DNA of 64,000 bases from Candidatus Latescibacterota bacterium. GTDB lineage: Bacteria; Latescibacterota; UBA2968; GCA-2709665. Below the pieces are notes generated by a model that worked only from the letters and a program-made list of their open reading frames with translations, was not told the DNA's origin and searched no databases. The stretch is taken from contig OZ252100.1 of the NCBI GenBank assembly GCA_965248435.1, positions 4,896,001 to 4,960,000 on the forward strand. Reading direction: 5' to 3'. How positions within the stretch are numbered: position 1 is the stretch's first letter; every line of letters starts with the position of its first letter. A program made the position numbers and the translations under genes. Shown in pieces: positions 31,182 to 41,334 of this stretch.

Positions 31182-31524
31182 CATGCCTCCGGCGGCCTAC
31201 TTTTCTTGTCTCGCCACAAGAAAAGTAGGCAAAAGAAAGGCGCCGCTCAAACGCCGCGGGGGCTCGGGCCGCGGCACCTCACCCTCAGTAGAAAGGACGA
31301 TGGCGGCAATCAGGGCGGGACTCCTGCCCCGCCTGACGCCCACTATGGGACCGGCCCAGAGGGCCTAACCGCGTGGGAGGTGAAAGAACGAGGTTGCATG
31401 GGAGTCGCACACCGCGGCCCTGATGGCTTTGAGCGATGCATCTCGCGAGTTCGGGGTCGCTCGCAATCCGGCGAGTTTTACAAATAAAGCCTATTTTGTT
31501 AACCCCAACATTCGGCGATGAACC
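31182..31524. mobile_element. Structured non-coding MITE-like element, copy 1
   Basis: Close copy at 60298-60819; head shared with 37020; 14-bp stem cctacttttcttgt/acaagaaaagtagg. Confidence 0.75.
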
Positions 31525-31541
31525 TTTTTTCGTCTGGTCGT

Positions 31542-31871
31542 TCATCTTTTGGTTTCCACTCGGGCGGCAAGCGGGCGGATCTTCTGGAGGTCCTTTCGGT
31601 AGCGCTGCTCTGATTCCCAAAGGTCCCTCGTACGCTGCGCATTCAACCAGAATTCTGGCGAATTCCCGAACAGACGGGAAAGCTTCAACGCCATGACAGG
31701 TGTGATCGCGCGTCTTTCCCTGAGCAGCTCATTCACTGTCTGACGCGAGACACCAATTCCCTTCGCGAGGGTTGCAGTTGTCAAATTGTAATCCGGAATG
31801 AAGTCTTCCCGAATCATCTCTCCCGGATGTGTCGGTGCGTATCTTCGCTTGCGCCTATTTGGTATGGACAT
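31542..31871 (-). CDS. higA: HigA antitoxin (HTH)
   Basis: PTHPGE.IREDF, GVSRQTVNEL, S.EFWLNAQ. Confidence 0.93.
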   Translation of the reverse strand: MSIPNRRKRRYAPTHPGEMIREDFIPDYNLTTATLAKGIGVSRQTVNELLRERRAITPVMALKLSRLFGNSPEFWLNAQRTRDLWESEQRYRKDLQKIRPLAARVETKR

Positions 31872-31883
31872 ATGACCTCTCTC

Positions 31884-32165
31884 CTAATGATAGTCGGTGA
31901 TCTCGACGTCGAACGCATCGCCATCAGCAAAACGAAAGCAGATCCGCCATTGATCGTTGATCGATATGGAGAATTGCCCTCTCCGATCGCCTCTCAATGC
32001 GTGTAGTCTATTGCTAGGTGGGACCCTCAGGTCATCGAGTGTTTTCACAAGATGAACATATTCCAAACGACGAATCGCCCGCCTCAGAAGATTGGGTGGC
32101 AAGCGTTTCGATGTGCCGGTAATGAAAAGTTCCTCCGTTTCTCTGTTCCTGAACGACCTTATCAT
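31884..32165 (-). CDS. higB: HigB (RelE-like) toxin
   Basis: MIRSF, DLRVPPSNRLHAL.GDR.GQ.SISINDQWRICF, VEITDYH. Confidence 0.93.
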   Translation of the reverse strand: MIRSFRNRETEELFITGTSKRLPPNLLRRAIRRLEYVHLVKTLDDLRVPPSNRLHALRGDRRGQFSISINDQWRICFRFADGDAFDVEITDYH

Positions 32166-32171
32166 CATTGA

Positions 32172-32200
32172 AATGTAACGTGTAACGTGACGATTGTCAA
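32172..32200 (-). promoter_or_regulatory. Sigma70 promoter of higBA with an overlapping operator-like palindrome
   Basis: Minus strand TTGACA-17 nt-TACATT; imperfect inverted repeat gtaacg-N5-cgtgac. Confidence 0.8.
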
Positions 32201-32332
32201 GAGAGAATATGCAGAATTTTCGGGTAGCGAGGTAGGAAGATCCGTTGCACGTCGGATGGATAATCGATATTTTGCAGGCCGAGAGACGGAATCCCGTCGC
32301 CCTATCTTTTCGGTAGAATGGAGGTTTCCCTC

Positions 32333-33832
32333 ATGGCACTGATCGACATCGGCTCGCAGAAGCAGCTCTTCGTCGATGACTATTTGATCGAGAGCATGAC
32401 GCTCACGAAGCGGGTGATGAACCCGGCTGAAAAGGTCGAGAACAACCCGGTGCTTCGCGCGGAACGTCCGTGGGAGGGGGATGAGGTGCGCCTCTCCTAC
32501 GTCACGTTTGACGAACGGGACCAGGAATTCAAGATGCGCTACCGGGGCGGGACCCACACGGTGCAGCAGGGCGACGGGGAGGTGATCATCGAGGAGCGAA
32601 ACGCGGTCAACTGCCTCGCGGTCTCGAAAGACGGCGTGCACTGGGAGCGTCCGGTCGTGGGAGAGGTCGAGTTCCAGGGCAGCAAGGAGAACAATATCGT
32701 GCCCGAGCGTGCTGGGCTGCCTAATGCCGAGCACAAGCCCCCACACATCCTTGAGGATCTCCACGAAACGGACCCGGCAAAACGGTACAAGGCCCTCCGC
32801 TGGACGATGGACACCCGCGCACCGATGCAGGCCTTTCTGTATACTTCTCCAGACGCGTGGAATTGGACGCCTTACGAGAACAATCCGCTGTTCGATACGA
32901 CCCCGAAGATCGGGCGATGGGGCCCCTCTCACCTGATGGGCTGGGACCCCATAAGAGAGACCTACGCGATCACCATCGAGAATTCACACCACCGGCGTGG
33001 ACCCATGGGCAAACGGCTGATCGGCCGCTCGGAGAGCCCCGACATGATCGAGTGGAGCGAGCCGGAGACGATCCTGGTTCCCGACGAGCAGGACGCCCCC
33101 GATATCGAGTTCTACAGCATGCCCACGATCGTCTACGAGAATATGTATGTCGGGTTGGTGTGGATCTTCAGCACGACCAACACGACCCACCACCCGGAGC
33201 TGGTCTTCAGCCGCGATGGTGTCCACTATGAACGCCGTTACCGCGCGCCGTTCATCCGCCGGGGGTCTGGTATAGAGTTCGACAGCACGTCGATCTACGC
33301 GTACCCGCCCATCGTTCACGGAGACCGCATCCTGACTTACTACGTCGGCACCAACTGGCGATCTCCCGAGCAGCTGCTGGCACTCGGCAAAAAAGGGACT
33401 GCCGCAGTCGGCCTTGCCGTAACGCGCCTGGATGGCTTAGTCTCCCTGGATGGGACCAAGGGGCGTCCGGTGGATGTTCCGACTCCTAATCCGCGGTTTC
33501 GCGATGCACCGCCCCCGCGGGTCGCCGATTTCAGCGAGATGGTCACGCGGTCCTTCGGCTTCTCGGGCTCGCAGCTGCATCTCAACCTTCGGCCTGCGTT
33601 TCAGCAGTGGGGCGCATCGCCGTGCGAGGTCCGGGTCGAGGTCCTCGAGCCGAATAACGACTATATCGATGGCTACAGGTTCGATGACGCGGACCCGATC
33701 TCAGGCCCGGATTCTCTGGACCACGTCGTTTCCTGGCGGAGGAAGTCGGACCTGAGCAACCTGGCCGGTAAGACGATCAAGCTTCGATTCTACTTTAAGA
33801 ACTGCAAGCTCTATTCGTTTCAATTCAAATAG
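32333..33832 (+). CDS. Putative beta-propeller glycoside hydrolase (GH32/43-like)
   Basis: QLFVDD, NPVL..ERPWE, SKDG.HW.RP, S.DG..W repeats, RLDG..SL, LYSFQF. Confidence 0.65.
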   Translation: MALIDIGSQKQLFVDDYLIESMTLTKRVMNPAEKVENNPVLRAERPWEGDEVRLSYVTFDERDQEFKMRYRGGTHTVQQGDGEVIIEERNAVNCLAVSKDGVHWERPVVGEVEFQGSKENNIVPERAGLPNAEHKPPHILEDLHETDPAKRYKALRWTMDTRAPMQAFLYTSPDAWNWTPYENNPLFDTTPKIGRWGPSHLMGWDPIRETYAITIENSHHRRGPMGKRLIGRSESPDMIEWSEPETILVPDEQDAPDIEFYSMPTIVYENMYVGLVWIFSTTNTTHHPELVFSRDGVHYERRYRAPFIRRGSGIEFDSTSIYAYPPIVHGDRILTYYVGTNWRSPEQLLALGKKGTAAVGLAVTRLDGLVSLDGTKGRPVDVPTPNPRFRDAPPPRVADFSEMVTRSFGFSGSQLHLNLRPAFQQWGASPCEVRVEVLEPNNDYIDGYRFDDADPISGPDSLDHVVSWRRKSDLSNLAGKTIKLRFYFKNCKLYSFQFK

Positions 33833-33851
33833 AAAGTGTATCGCTCCTCAG

Positions 33852-33981
33852 GACCTAACCCCCCCAACCCCCCTTCCCTGAAGGGAAGGGGGGAGCGGCG
33901 AGGAAGACGCGTTAGTTGACTTCCTCGTGAAAATGGCTTTTGTCTTCCCTCCCCTTTAGGGGAGGGACCGAGGGAGGGGTC
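33852..33981. repeat. C-rich/G-rich paired-palindrome REP-like element
   Basis: ccccccttccct ga agggaagggggg ... ccctcccct tt aggggaggg. Confidence 0.75.
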
Positions 33982-34076
33982 CAGAATTGCCGCATCCTCC
34001 GAACCGTATTTGTATGGTCAGGTCATTTTGAATATATTGGCCCAGGTGCTTCTCTATCTGAAACTGGAGGTGAGGT

Positions 34077-34862
34077 GTGAGCCTGTTTTCGCTGGAAGAT
34101 CGCGTCGCGCTGGTCACAGGGGGAGGGCGTGGGATTGGACGTGGGATCGCGGAGGGTTTGGCTGCCCACGGGGCAAGGGTCGTCTGCGCTGCTCGAACCC
34201 AGTCACAGCTGGAGGAGGTCGTGGAGGGCATTCGGTCCGCGGGAGGCGAAGCAGAGGCCGTTCAGGTCGACATGGCGGATCTCGCCTCGGTCAGGAAGTG
34301 CGTCGAGGAGACGATTGCCCACTGCGGGCGTGTGGACATCCTCGTGAACAACGCGGGCACCAACGCCCGAATGCCCATCGTTGACGTCACTGAGGAGGAC
34401 TACGACCGGGTGATGGCTGTAAACCTGAAGGGGATCTATTTTCTGACGCAGGCGGTGGCCCGGGATATGATCCCGCGCAAGCGGGGAAAGGTGATCAACA
34501 TCGGCTCGCTGACGACGGGTGTCGGGATGCCGAAGATCTCTATCTATGGAGCGACAAAGGGGGGCGTTGGACAGCTCACGAAGGCGCAGGCGATCGAGTT
34601 CGCGGAACACAACATCCAGGTCAACACCCTCTGCCCCGGGTTTGTCCTGACCTACTTTACGGAGAAGATCTGGGCGGACCAGGCGATGCAGGCGTGGATG
34701 AAAGGCCGACTCGCGCAGGGGCGGCTGGCGACTCCGGAAGACATGGTCGGCACGGCGATCTTCCTGGCCTCGGAGGCTTCTGACTACGTTACGGGACAGT
34801 CGATCTTCGTGGACGGAGGATTCATGGCCGGAGAGCCGTGGCCGTTTCCGGATAACGTGTAA
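34077..34862 (+). CDS. Short-chain dehydrogenase/reductase (gluconate 5-dehydrogenase-like)
   Basis: TGGGRGIG, NNAG, YGATK, VDGG. Confidence 0.92.
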   Translation: MSLFSLEDRVALVTGGGRGIGRGIAEGLAAHGARVVCAARTQSQLEEVVEGIRSAGGEAEAVQVDMADLASVRKCVEETIAHCGRVDILVNNAGTNARMPIVDVTEEDYDRVMAVNLKGIYFLTQAVARDMIPRKRGKVINIGSLTTGVGMPKISIYGATKGGVGQLTKAQAIEFAEHNIQVNTLCPGFVLTYFTEKIWADQAMQAWMKGRLAQGRLATPEDMVGTAIFLASEASDYVTGQSIFVDGGFMAGEPWPFPDNV

Positions 34863-34875
34863 CAATCGCGGAATC

Positions 34876-34986
34876 ACCGCAGAGGCGCAGAGGCATGTCC
34901 CTGCGAAAGCAGGGATCGCAGAGGAAACCCGGCCCAATTTCATAACACCATTCCATGTCCGTAGAGACGCCCCGGCGGGGCGTCTC
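34876..34986. repeat. CGCAGAG repeat with a nested mini-insert (34893-34915), followed by a GTAG REP (34961-34986)
   Basis: caccgcagaggcgcagag[gcatgtccctgcgaaagcaggga]tcgcagagg; gtagagacgccccggcggggcgtctc. Confidence 0.7.
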
Positions 34987-35062
34987 GAACCCGTAAATTG
35001 ATCGCACACTTGGATTGGGAATTGATAACGCGGTATCACACAAACCAGATTGATTCATCGAA

Positions 35063-36916
35063 ATGAATGACACTCTCGCCGGATTGATGAACGAAAGTTT
35101 TGAAAAGCACGCGGACCGAACCGGCATCCGCGTGCTCAGGGCATCGGGGGGAAAGGGCGAAGGACTCCAGTATGTACCGATCAGTTATGCACAGCTCCGG
35201 GAACAGCGAGACCGGCTGGCCTCCGGAATCGCGGGGATAGGGATCGAAAAGGGCGCCAGGCTGGGGATCCTGACCGACGGTGGGCTGGAGCCTGTCCTGA
35301 TTTTTCTGGCGGCAGATCTGCTGGGCTGTTCGTCGGTGCCGCTCTGCAACAAGCACCCTGACGACATCCTGCTTCACAGCATCAATGATTCCCGGATCGA
35401 GGTCCTGTTCGCCGACGCCAAGAGCGTGGATCAGATGGAACGCGTCCGGGATCGGCTGACGCATTCACCCCGGATCATCCTGACGGAAGGTCGGTCGGAA
35501 GACACGCTGTCTTTTTTCGACCTGGCCAATTCGGGTCGGGGGACCGAGCCCCCGAAGGTGGAGCTCCATCCCGACGACGAATCGAAGGTCGTCTACACAT
35601 CGGGTTCGTCCGGGCCCCCGAAGGGGGTCGTGCAGACGCAGGGAAACATCGTGGCGAACGTCCGATCGGTGTGGGATGCAATCTCTATGCGGGATCCGTG
35701 CATCCTGTTCAAGTCTGCGCCGGACTACCACACGATGGGGATCCTGAACATCTATTATCCGTTGGCCAAGGGATGGATCCTGGACCTCGCCCGCTCCCCC
35801 GAGCGCGTGTTGACGGACATCCGGTATTCACAACCCCACTCTTTTTTGACTGTTCCCCTGGTTCTGGACAAAGTCTACGGCAACGTCCGGAAGGAGATCG
35901 ATGCGGGCGGGTTCAAGGGCAGGCTTGTCGCGCGGTCCGTTCGCGCCAAGCAGAGACGGTCGCGGAAAGAGGCGTCGATAGGCGATCACCTGATCTACGG
36001 CACCATCGGGAAGCGGGTGGTTCAGAAGATCCGCGCGAAGCTTTCGGAACGCGTCGGCAAGGACCTGGAAGTGCTGATCGTGGGTTCGGCAAAGGCGGAT
36101 CCCGAAGCGCTCGATTTTTTTCAGGACGTACTCGATATCAAGGCGTTCGAAGGCTACGGGACGACCGAATGCTGCCCGCTGATCGCGACCAATCGCCTCG
36201 GGGCGCAAAAGACCGGGACGGTCGGAAAACCTCTGCTTGAAGTCCGGATCGTCGGGGGGGACGGAGATGAGCTTGGATACGGGGACCCGGTGGAGGGGAC
36301 CTACAGAGGAAGCGACGGACAGCACGGAGAGCTCCTGGTCTCCGGACGCCACGTGATGAAGGAGTACCTGGGCCTTCCCGAGGAGACGAAACAGACGCTC
36401 CAGGTGGATGAGGCAGGGAAGACCTGGTACCGCACCGGCGATCTTTTCAGCATGGATGAAGAGGGCTTTTTGACGTTCAGGGGACGTCTCGGGCGGCAGT
36501 TCAAGCTCAGAAACGGGGAGTTCGTGAATCCCGAGCGCCTCGAACGACTGTATGCACGCGTCCCGCTTATCGAGCACGTCCTCGTAGCCGGGGACCAGGG
36601 TCGCACCTTCCCGCTGCCGATCGTGACGGTCAATCTGGAGGAGGCCAGGAGCCAGAAGGAGATCCTGGAGACGCCTGTGAATGATGACGACGCGCTGAGA
36701 GGGGATGACAGGATCGCGGACCGGATCCGCGAGCTGATGCTGAAAGAGGCGGACGACGCGGGTCTGCCGGCGCACGAGCGACCCCAGAAGATCCTTGTCC
36801 TCCCCGACGCACTGAGCGAGCAGTCGGGGACGCTGACGAAGGGGTTGAAGAAGGTCGTGCCGAAGGCGGTTATGGAGAAATACAGCGCGCTCGTCGAAGA
36901 GGCTTACACGAAATAG
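35063..36916 (+). CDS. Long-chain acyl-CoA synthetase / AMP-binding protein
   Basis: YTSGSSGPPKG, EGYGTTE, YRTGD, FKLRNGEFVNP. Confidence 0.9.
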   Translation: MNDTLAGLMNESFEKHADRTGIRVLRASGGKGEGLQYVPISYAQLREQRDRLASGIAGIGIEKGARLGILTDGGLEPVLIFLAADLLGCSSVPLCNKHPDDILLHSINDSRIEVLFADAKSVDQMERVRDRLTHSPRIILTEGRSEDTLSFFDLANSGRGTEPPKVELHPDDESKVVYTSGSSGPPKGVVQTQGNIVANVRSVWDAISMRDPCILFKSAPDYHTMGILNIYYPLAKGWILDLARSPERVLTDIRYSQPHSFLTVPLVLDKVYGNVRKEIDAGGFKGRLVARSVRAKQRRSRKEASIGDHLIYGTIGKRVVQKIRAKLSERVGKDLEVLIVGSAKADPEALDFFQDVLDIKAFEGYGTTECCPLIATNRLGAQKTGTVGKPLLEVRIVGGDGDELGYGDPVEGTYRGSDGQHGELLVSGRHVMKEYLGLPEETKQTLQVDEAGKTWYRTGDLFSMDEEGFLTFRGRLGRQFKLRNGEFVNPERLERLYARVPLIEHVLVAGDQGRTFPLPIVTVNLEEARSQKEILETPVNDDDALRGDDRIADRIRELMLKEADDAGLPAHERPQKILVLPDALSEQSGTLTKGLKKVVPKAVMEKYSALVEEAYTK

Positions 36917-37019
36917 CTTCAGCGATCGAAACACGGGGTTTCTGGCCTTATCATCTGGCGCCATTTGGAAAACTGGGGCCTTCCCGGTCTGGAGACTGGT
37001 TGCCCTCTCCACACAACCC

Positions 37020-37235
37020 CATGCCTCCGGCGGCCAACTTTTCTTGCTCGCCCAAGAAAAGTTGGACTAAAGAAAGGCGCCCCTCAGGCGCCGGGGAGGC
37101 TGACTTTTCCGCGAACCGTCCCAGTAGCCCTAGAGATGTTTGTGTCCTTGGATCTCTTGTGGTGTCCACAAACGGGAGTGCTTGACGGATAAGCGCGGAA
37201 AAGTCCCACCCCACCCCCAAACCGGTGGTCAGCCT
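37020..37235. mobile_element. Structured non-coding element sharing its head with the 31.2 and 60.3 kb elements
   Basis: catgcctccggcggcc-aacttttcttg..caagaaaagtt-aaagaaaggcgcc; 12-bp stem 37102-37113/37194-37205. Confidence 0.65.
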
Positions 37236-37354
37236 TGCCGTTCTTGGTCTGGAATCACCCAAGCGAGAAGGCCGGCTAACATCTTGCGAACGTGGAATCG
37301 GGTCCTTATTTTAGAACCAGATAAAGAACCTTGAACCTGGACCAGGAGACAGTT

Positions 37355-38689
37355 ATGTCCGAACGAATCCGTTCGGCCGCGAAAGAGGCACGCAGAGCGT
37401 CACTTACGCTAGGCGTCTCGTCGGAGGCCCAACGGAACGCTGCCCTCGAGGCGATCACCGTGGCCCTGGAGTCGAATCAGGAGGTGATCCTGGAGGCGAA
37501 CCGGCGCGACCAGGAGGCCGCGGCAGAGCTCGTCGCAAAGGGCGAACTCGCACCGGCCCTGGCCAAACGCCTGAAGATGGACGCGACCAAGCTGCTTTGC
37601 GAAGTCTGTCCGGGTGTCCGGAGCGTGAAGGCCCAGTCCGATCCGATCGGCAAGACGCTGATGGCGACGGAGCTGGACAAGGGCCTGAAGCTCTATCGGG
37701 TCTCCGTGCCGATCGGTGTGATCGGCGTCGTATTCGAATCCCGTCCTGATGCGCTCGTGCAGATCGCTTCGCTCTGCCTGAAATCGGGAAATGCCGTGCT
37801 GCTCAAGGGTGGAAGCGAGGCGAAGGAGACGAACCGCGAACTGTCAAAAGTGATCTTGGAGGCGACCCATGGTCTGGACGGCATCCCCGAGGGGTGGATG
37901 TTTCAGCTCGAAGACCGGGAAGAGGTGCGCGTGATCCTGGATCTTCACGACATGATCGACCTGATTATCCCGCGCGGAGGGAACGAGCTCGTTCAGTCGA
38001 TTATGCAGAATACGAAGATTCCGGTTATGGGCCACGCGGACGGAATCTGTCACGTCTACGTGGACAAGGACGCGGATCTGAGCGATGCGATCGCGATCGC
38101 GATAGACGCGAAGACCCAGTACCCTGCGGTATGTAACGCGGCGGAGACCCTCCTGGTACATCGCGAGATCGCCCCGGCGTTTCTGCCGGAAGTGGTCAAA
38201 CGATATCAGGAGAAGGAGGTGGAGGTCCGCGCAGACGAAGCGACGCGAGACCTGGTCGGGAACGGCGTGATTGCCGCTACAGACGCGGATTGGGATACGG
38301 AGTACCTGGATCTGGTCATCTCGATCAAGATCGTGGACGACCTGGAAGCGGCCATCGATCACATCAACACCCACAGCAGCCACCATACCGACGCGATCGT
38401 GACGAAAGATCGGTCCGCCGCAAAGCAGTTTCTTCAAAAGGTTGATTCTGCATCGGTCGTGCACAACGCATCCACACGCTTTGCAGATGGATTCCGGTTT
38501 GGACTCGGCGCCGAAGTGGGGATCAGCACGAACCGAATTCACAGCAGGGGTCCAGTCGGCCTCGAAGGCCTTGTGATCTACAAGTACATCGTGGAGGGTG
38601 AGGGCCAGACGGCAGGAGATTACATCGGTGAGAACGCGGCCAGCTTCCGCCATCAACCTTTGTCAGAAGGCTGGGTCCCTCCAGAATGA
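37355..38689 (+). CDS. proA: Gamma-glutamyl phosphate reductase
   Basis: VPIGVIGVVFESRP, LKSGNA..LKGG, PRGG, CNAAETLL, NASTRFADG, GAEVGIST. Confidence 0.97.
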   Translation: MSERIRSAAKEARRASLTLGVSSEAQRNAALEAITVALESNQEVILEANRRDQEAAAELVAKGELAPALAKRLKMDATKLLCEVCPGVRSVKAQSDPIGKTLMATELDKGLKLYRVSVPIGVIGVVFESRPDALVQIASLCLKSGNAVLLKGGSEAKETNRELSKVILEATHGLDGIPEGWMFQLEDREEVRVILDLHDMIDLIIPRGGNELVQSIMQNTKIPVMGHADGICHVYVDKDADLSDAIAIAIDAKTQYPAVCNAAETLLVHREIAPAFLPEVVKRYQEKEVEVRADEATRDLVGNGVIAATDADWDTEYLDLVISIKIVDDLEAAIDHINTHSSHHTDAIVTKDRSAAKQFLQKVDSASVVHNASTRFADGFRFGLGAEVGISTNRIHSRGPVGLEGLVIYKYIVEGEGQTAGDYIGENAASFRHQPLSEGWVPPE

Positions 38690-38737
38690 GCCCGACTGAT
38701 TCCCTCGGAGTACCTATTCGATGATCTTGTGTCTTTC

Positions 38738-38764
38738 GTAGGGGTGAGGCAGGGCCTTGCCCCT
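38738..38764 (+). repeat. GTAG REP palindrome
   Basis: gtag gggtgaggc agg gccttgccc. Confidence 0.6.
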
Positions 38765-38803
38765 AATTTTATTTTCGGAAGCTTTTAGAAAGGGGAGAAC
38801 CCA

Positions 38804-40348
38804 GTGGCATCACACCCTTTGCTCTTCTACAATAACGACGGCAGTCATATGCTCTACCTCTCGCCTCCAGTTTCACTGGACGAGTTCGTGTATGAGACGG
38901 TCGGGTATCTTTTGGGCACTCAGGTGGACGCGGTAGCCTGCCACATGTTCGGGTTCGGCGACGCCGTTCCACTTTTTCCGACGGAAGTACCTGGAGCCCA
39001 GGGTATCGAGCGATCTGAGGTCGAATGGGTGAGTGAGTGGCGCCAGGAGGAAATCATCCGCCTCCTGTTCGATCAGGGGGTCGACCCGTGGAAGGCCTCG
39101 CTGGAGGCCGCGCACAACGCCGGTATGGAGTTCTGGGCGGCCCTGAGGTTCAACGAGCTGCACGAAGGGCGCTTCCAGTGGAAGAGCGAGTTCCGCGTGA
39201 ACCATCCGGAATACGAGCTGGGCGGCCAATGTGCCGCCGACGGGCACGATCCGGAAGATCAATGCGTCGGGCTCAATTTTTCGATCCCTGAAGTACGCGC
39301 CCATCGCCTTGCGCTGATCGAGGAGGTCTGCTCGCGCTATGACGTGGACGGGTTCGAATGGGACTTCAACCGGGAGCCGGGACACCACTTTCCGGACTTG
39401 AAGGCGGGCGCGCCGATCCTGACGGCCTACGTGCGCGAGGCCAGGAAGGTGCTGGATGCCGTTGGCGACAAGCGGGGACGTCCCGTGGGGTTCGGCGTTC
39501 GAGTACCGGGCACGATCGAGGCGTGTCACCGAATTTCGGTCGAGATCGAAAACTGGATCAGCGAAGGCCTTGTGGACTATATCTGTCCGTCTCCCTACGC
39601 CGACACGTCCACAGACCTGCCGTTCGACGAGTTCGTGGCCCTGGCCGACGGGAAGGATTGCCGGATCTACGGCTGCCCGACCGAGATGTGCGGCCCGGGA
39701 CTCCACTGGCCCCCGCCGATCGAGACGCTGCGCGCGGGTGCGTGGAACGCCTGGCGCCAGGGTGTGGACGGGGTCTACATCTTCAACTATAACCATCCGA
39801 TCGTGAGCGACATGGATATGTCGGGTCTCTTTCGCGAACTCGGCAGCCCGGCAACGCTGGAATTCAGGGACAAAACCTACAGCGTGGCCGGAAGGAGAGG
39901 GCGGCCGGATGTCTTCAAAGAGAAGGTGCATCAGCTCCCACTGGCACTGGAGGAGCGGCCGACCGGTCCGGGCCAGACAGTGCGCTTTCTCGTGGGCGAC
40001 GATCTGGAAACCGCGGCCGAGCGGGGTGTGCTGGACGCGGTGACGCTGGAGCTGATCGTCATCGGCAAGACGTATGAGGATGTGGTGGAGTTCAAGCTGA
40101 ATGGAAGGCCGCTGCCTGAAGGCCCCCAGTTCAGGATGTATGAAAAGTACAAGATGGGTCTCGGCTCCAACGCCTTCCAGGGCCGATACGCGCTGAGGTA
40201 TGACCTGAGATCGGGGGACTGGATCAAGCAGGGGTGGAACGAGGTCGAAGTGGCGTTGAGAAAGAGGACGCGTCGGGTGAGGCAGCCGTTCGAGGTCTAC
40301 GAAATGAACCTGGAGGTCAAGTATCGGGTATTGCCGATGCGGGCTTAG
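38804..40348 (+). CDS. GH10-like (GHL10-type) TIM-barrel protein, paralog 1
   Basis: YNNDG, LRFNE.H, HPEY, LNF..PEVR, YDVDG.E.DF, G.DG.Y.FN. Confidence 0.72.
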   Translation: MASHPLLFYNNDGSHMLYLSPPVSLDEFVYETVGYLLGTQVDAVACHMFGFGDAVPLFPTEVPGAQGIERSEVEWVSEWRQEEIIRLLFDQGVDPWKASLEAAHNAGMEFWAALRFNELHEGRFQWKSEFRVNHPEYELGGQCAADGHDPEDQCVGLNFSIPEVRAHRLALIEEVCSRYDVDGFEWDFNREPGHHFPDLKAGAPILTAYVREARKVLDAVGDKRGRPVGFGVRVPGTIEACHRISVEIENWISEGLVDYICPSPYADTSTDLPFDEFVALADGKDCRIYGCPTEMCGPGLHWPPPIETLRAGAWNAWRQGVDGVYIFNYNHPIVSDMDMSGLFRELGSPATLEFRDKTYSVAGRRGRPDVFKEKVHQLPLALEERPTGPGQTVRFLVGDDLETAAERGVLDAVTLELIVIGKTYEDVVEFKLNGRPLPEGPQFRMYEKYKMGLGSNAFQGRYALRYDLRSGDWIKQGWNEVEVALRKRTRRVRQPFEVYEMNLEVKYRVLPMRA

Positions 40349-40416
40349 TTCGTCGATCGTTGGTCGTGGATCGTGGATCGTGAACTGATGTTACCGCGAA
40401 AAAGTGGACAGGTTAG

Positions 40417-41334
40417 TTAAGCAGCAAGGAGCTGCTCGTAGTTATGTGGACTTTTGTAGCCCAGGGTAGAGTGCCTCCGCCTGTGGTTGTAGAAACGGAT
40501 GTAGTTTGAGATCCTTCTTCGCGCCTGGTTGACGGTGGCATAGGTATCGCGATGGACGCGTTCGATTTTCAGCGTTGAGAAGAAGGACTCTGCCACCGCA
40601 TTGTCAAAGCAGTCGCCTTTGCGACCCATACTAGACCGAATGCCGTTTTCAGCGACGGTATTTTGGAAAGCTTCACTGGTATACTGAGATCCACGATCAG
40701 AGTGAAAGATCAATTCCCTTGGGGGCTTTCGAGTTGCACGTGCCTTTTTGAAGGCTTCGACCGCTAGCTCCGCAGTCAAGGAGGCCCGGAGCGACCATCC
40801 GACGATCTTCCGGGAGAACAGGTCCATCACGACGCACAGATAGGCGTGGCCTCCCACGATGGGGATGTAGCTGATGTCCGAGACCCACTTCTGGTTGACT
40901 TCATCGGCGTTGAACGCTCGACCCAGCAGGTCCGGAGACACGATGGCGTTTGAGGCTGCCTTTGTCGTGCACCGGAATTTGCGTGGGGTCCCAATGGCCT
41001 TCAAGCCCATCTTCTGCTTGATCCGGGCGATCCGGCTGGCACTGCAGACGATCCCGGCCTCGTTGAGCTCCTCCGTGATGCGAGGCGTGCCGTAAGTCTG
41101 GTCGGTCTCCCGGTGGATGGCTTTGATGTGGAGCGCCAGCACTTGGTTTTCTTGCTCCCGTTGGCTGACCGGACGGCTTTTCCAGGCGTAGTAACCGCTT
41201 TTGGAGATCCCAAGGGTCTTGCACATATGGGTTACTGAAAATCGGTCGCGGTTCTCCTCCACCAGGTGGAAGTTCATCTTTGGCGTCTGCTGAAAACGGC
41301 TAAGGCTTTTTTTAAAATGTCCCTCTCTTCGCAC
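40417..41334 (-). CDS. IS3 transposase OrfB (DDE), expressed by -1 frameshift
   Basis: WVSDISY, HSDRGSQY, AESFF, YNHRRRHSTLG; A7G slippery site at 41306-41313. Confidence 0.93.
   Translation of the reverse strand: MRREGHFKKSLSRFQQTPKMNFHLVEENRDRFSVTHMCKTLGISKSGYYAWKSRPVSQREQENQVLALHIKAIHRETDQTYGTPRITEELNEAGIVCSASRIARIKQKMGLKAIGTPRKFRCTTKAASNAIVSPDLLGRAFNADEVNQKWVSDISYIPIVGGHAYLCVVMDLFSRKIVGWSLRASLTAELAVEAFKKARATRKPPRELIFHSDRGSQYTSEAFQNTVAENGIRSSMGRKGDCFDNAVAESFFSTLKIERVHRDTYATVNQARRRISNYIRFYNHRRRHSTLGYKSPHNYEQLLAA

Noticed and set aside
31069-31696. Short ORFs within the repeated element, also at 36951-37334 and 60436-60781
   Set aside because: They overlap palindromic repeats, copies differ by frame-breaking indels, and they have no protein motifs.
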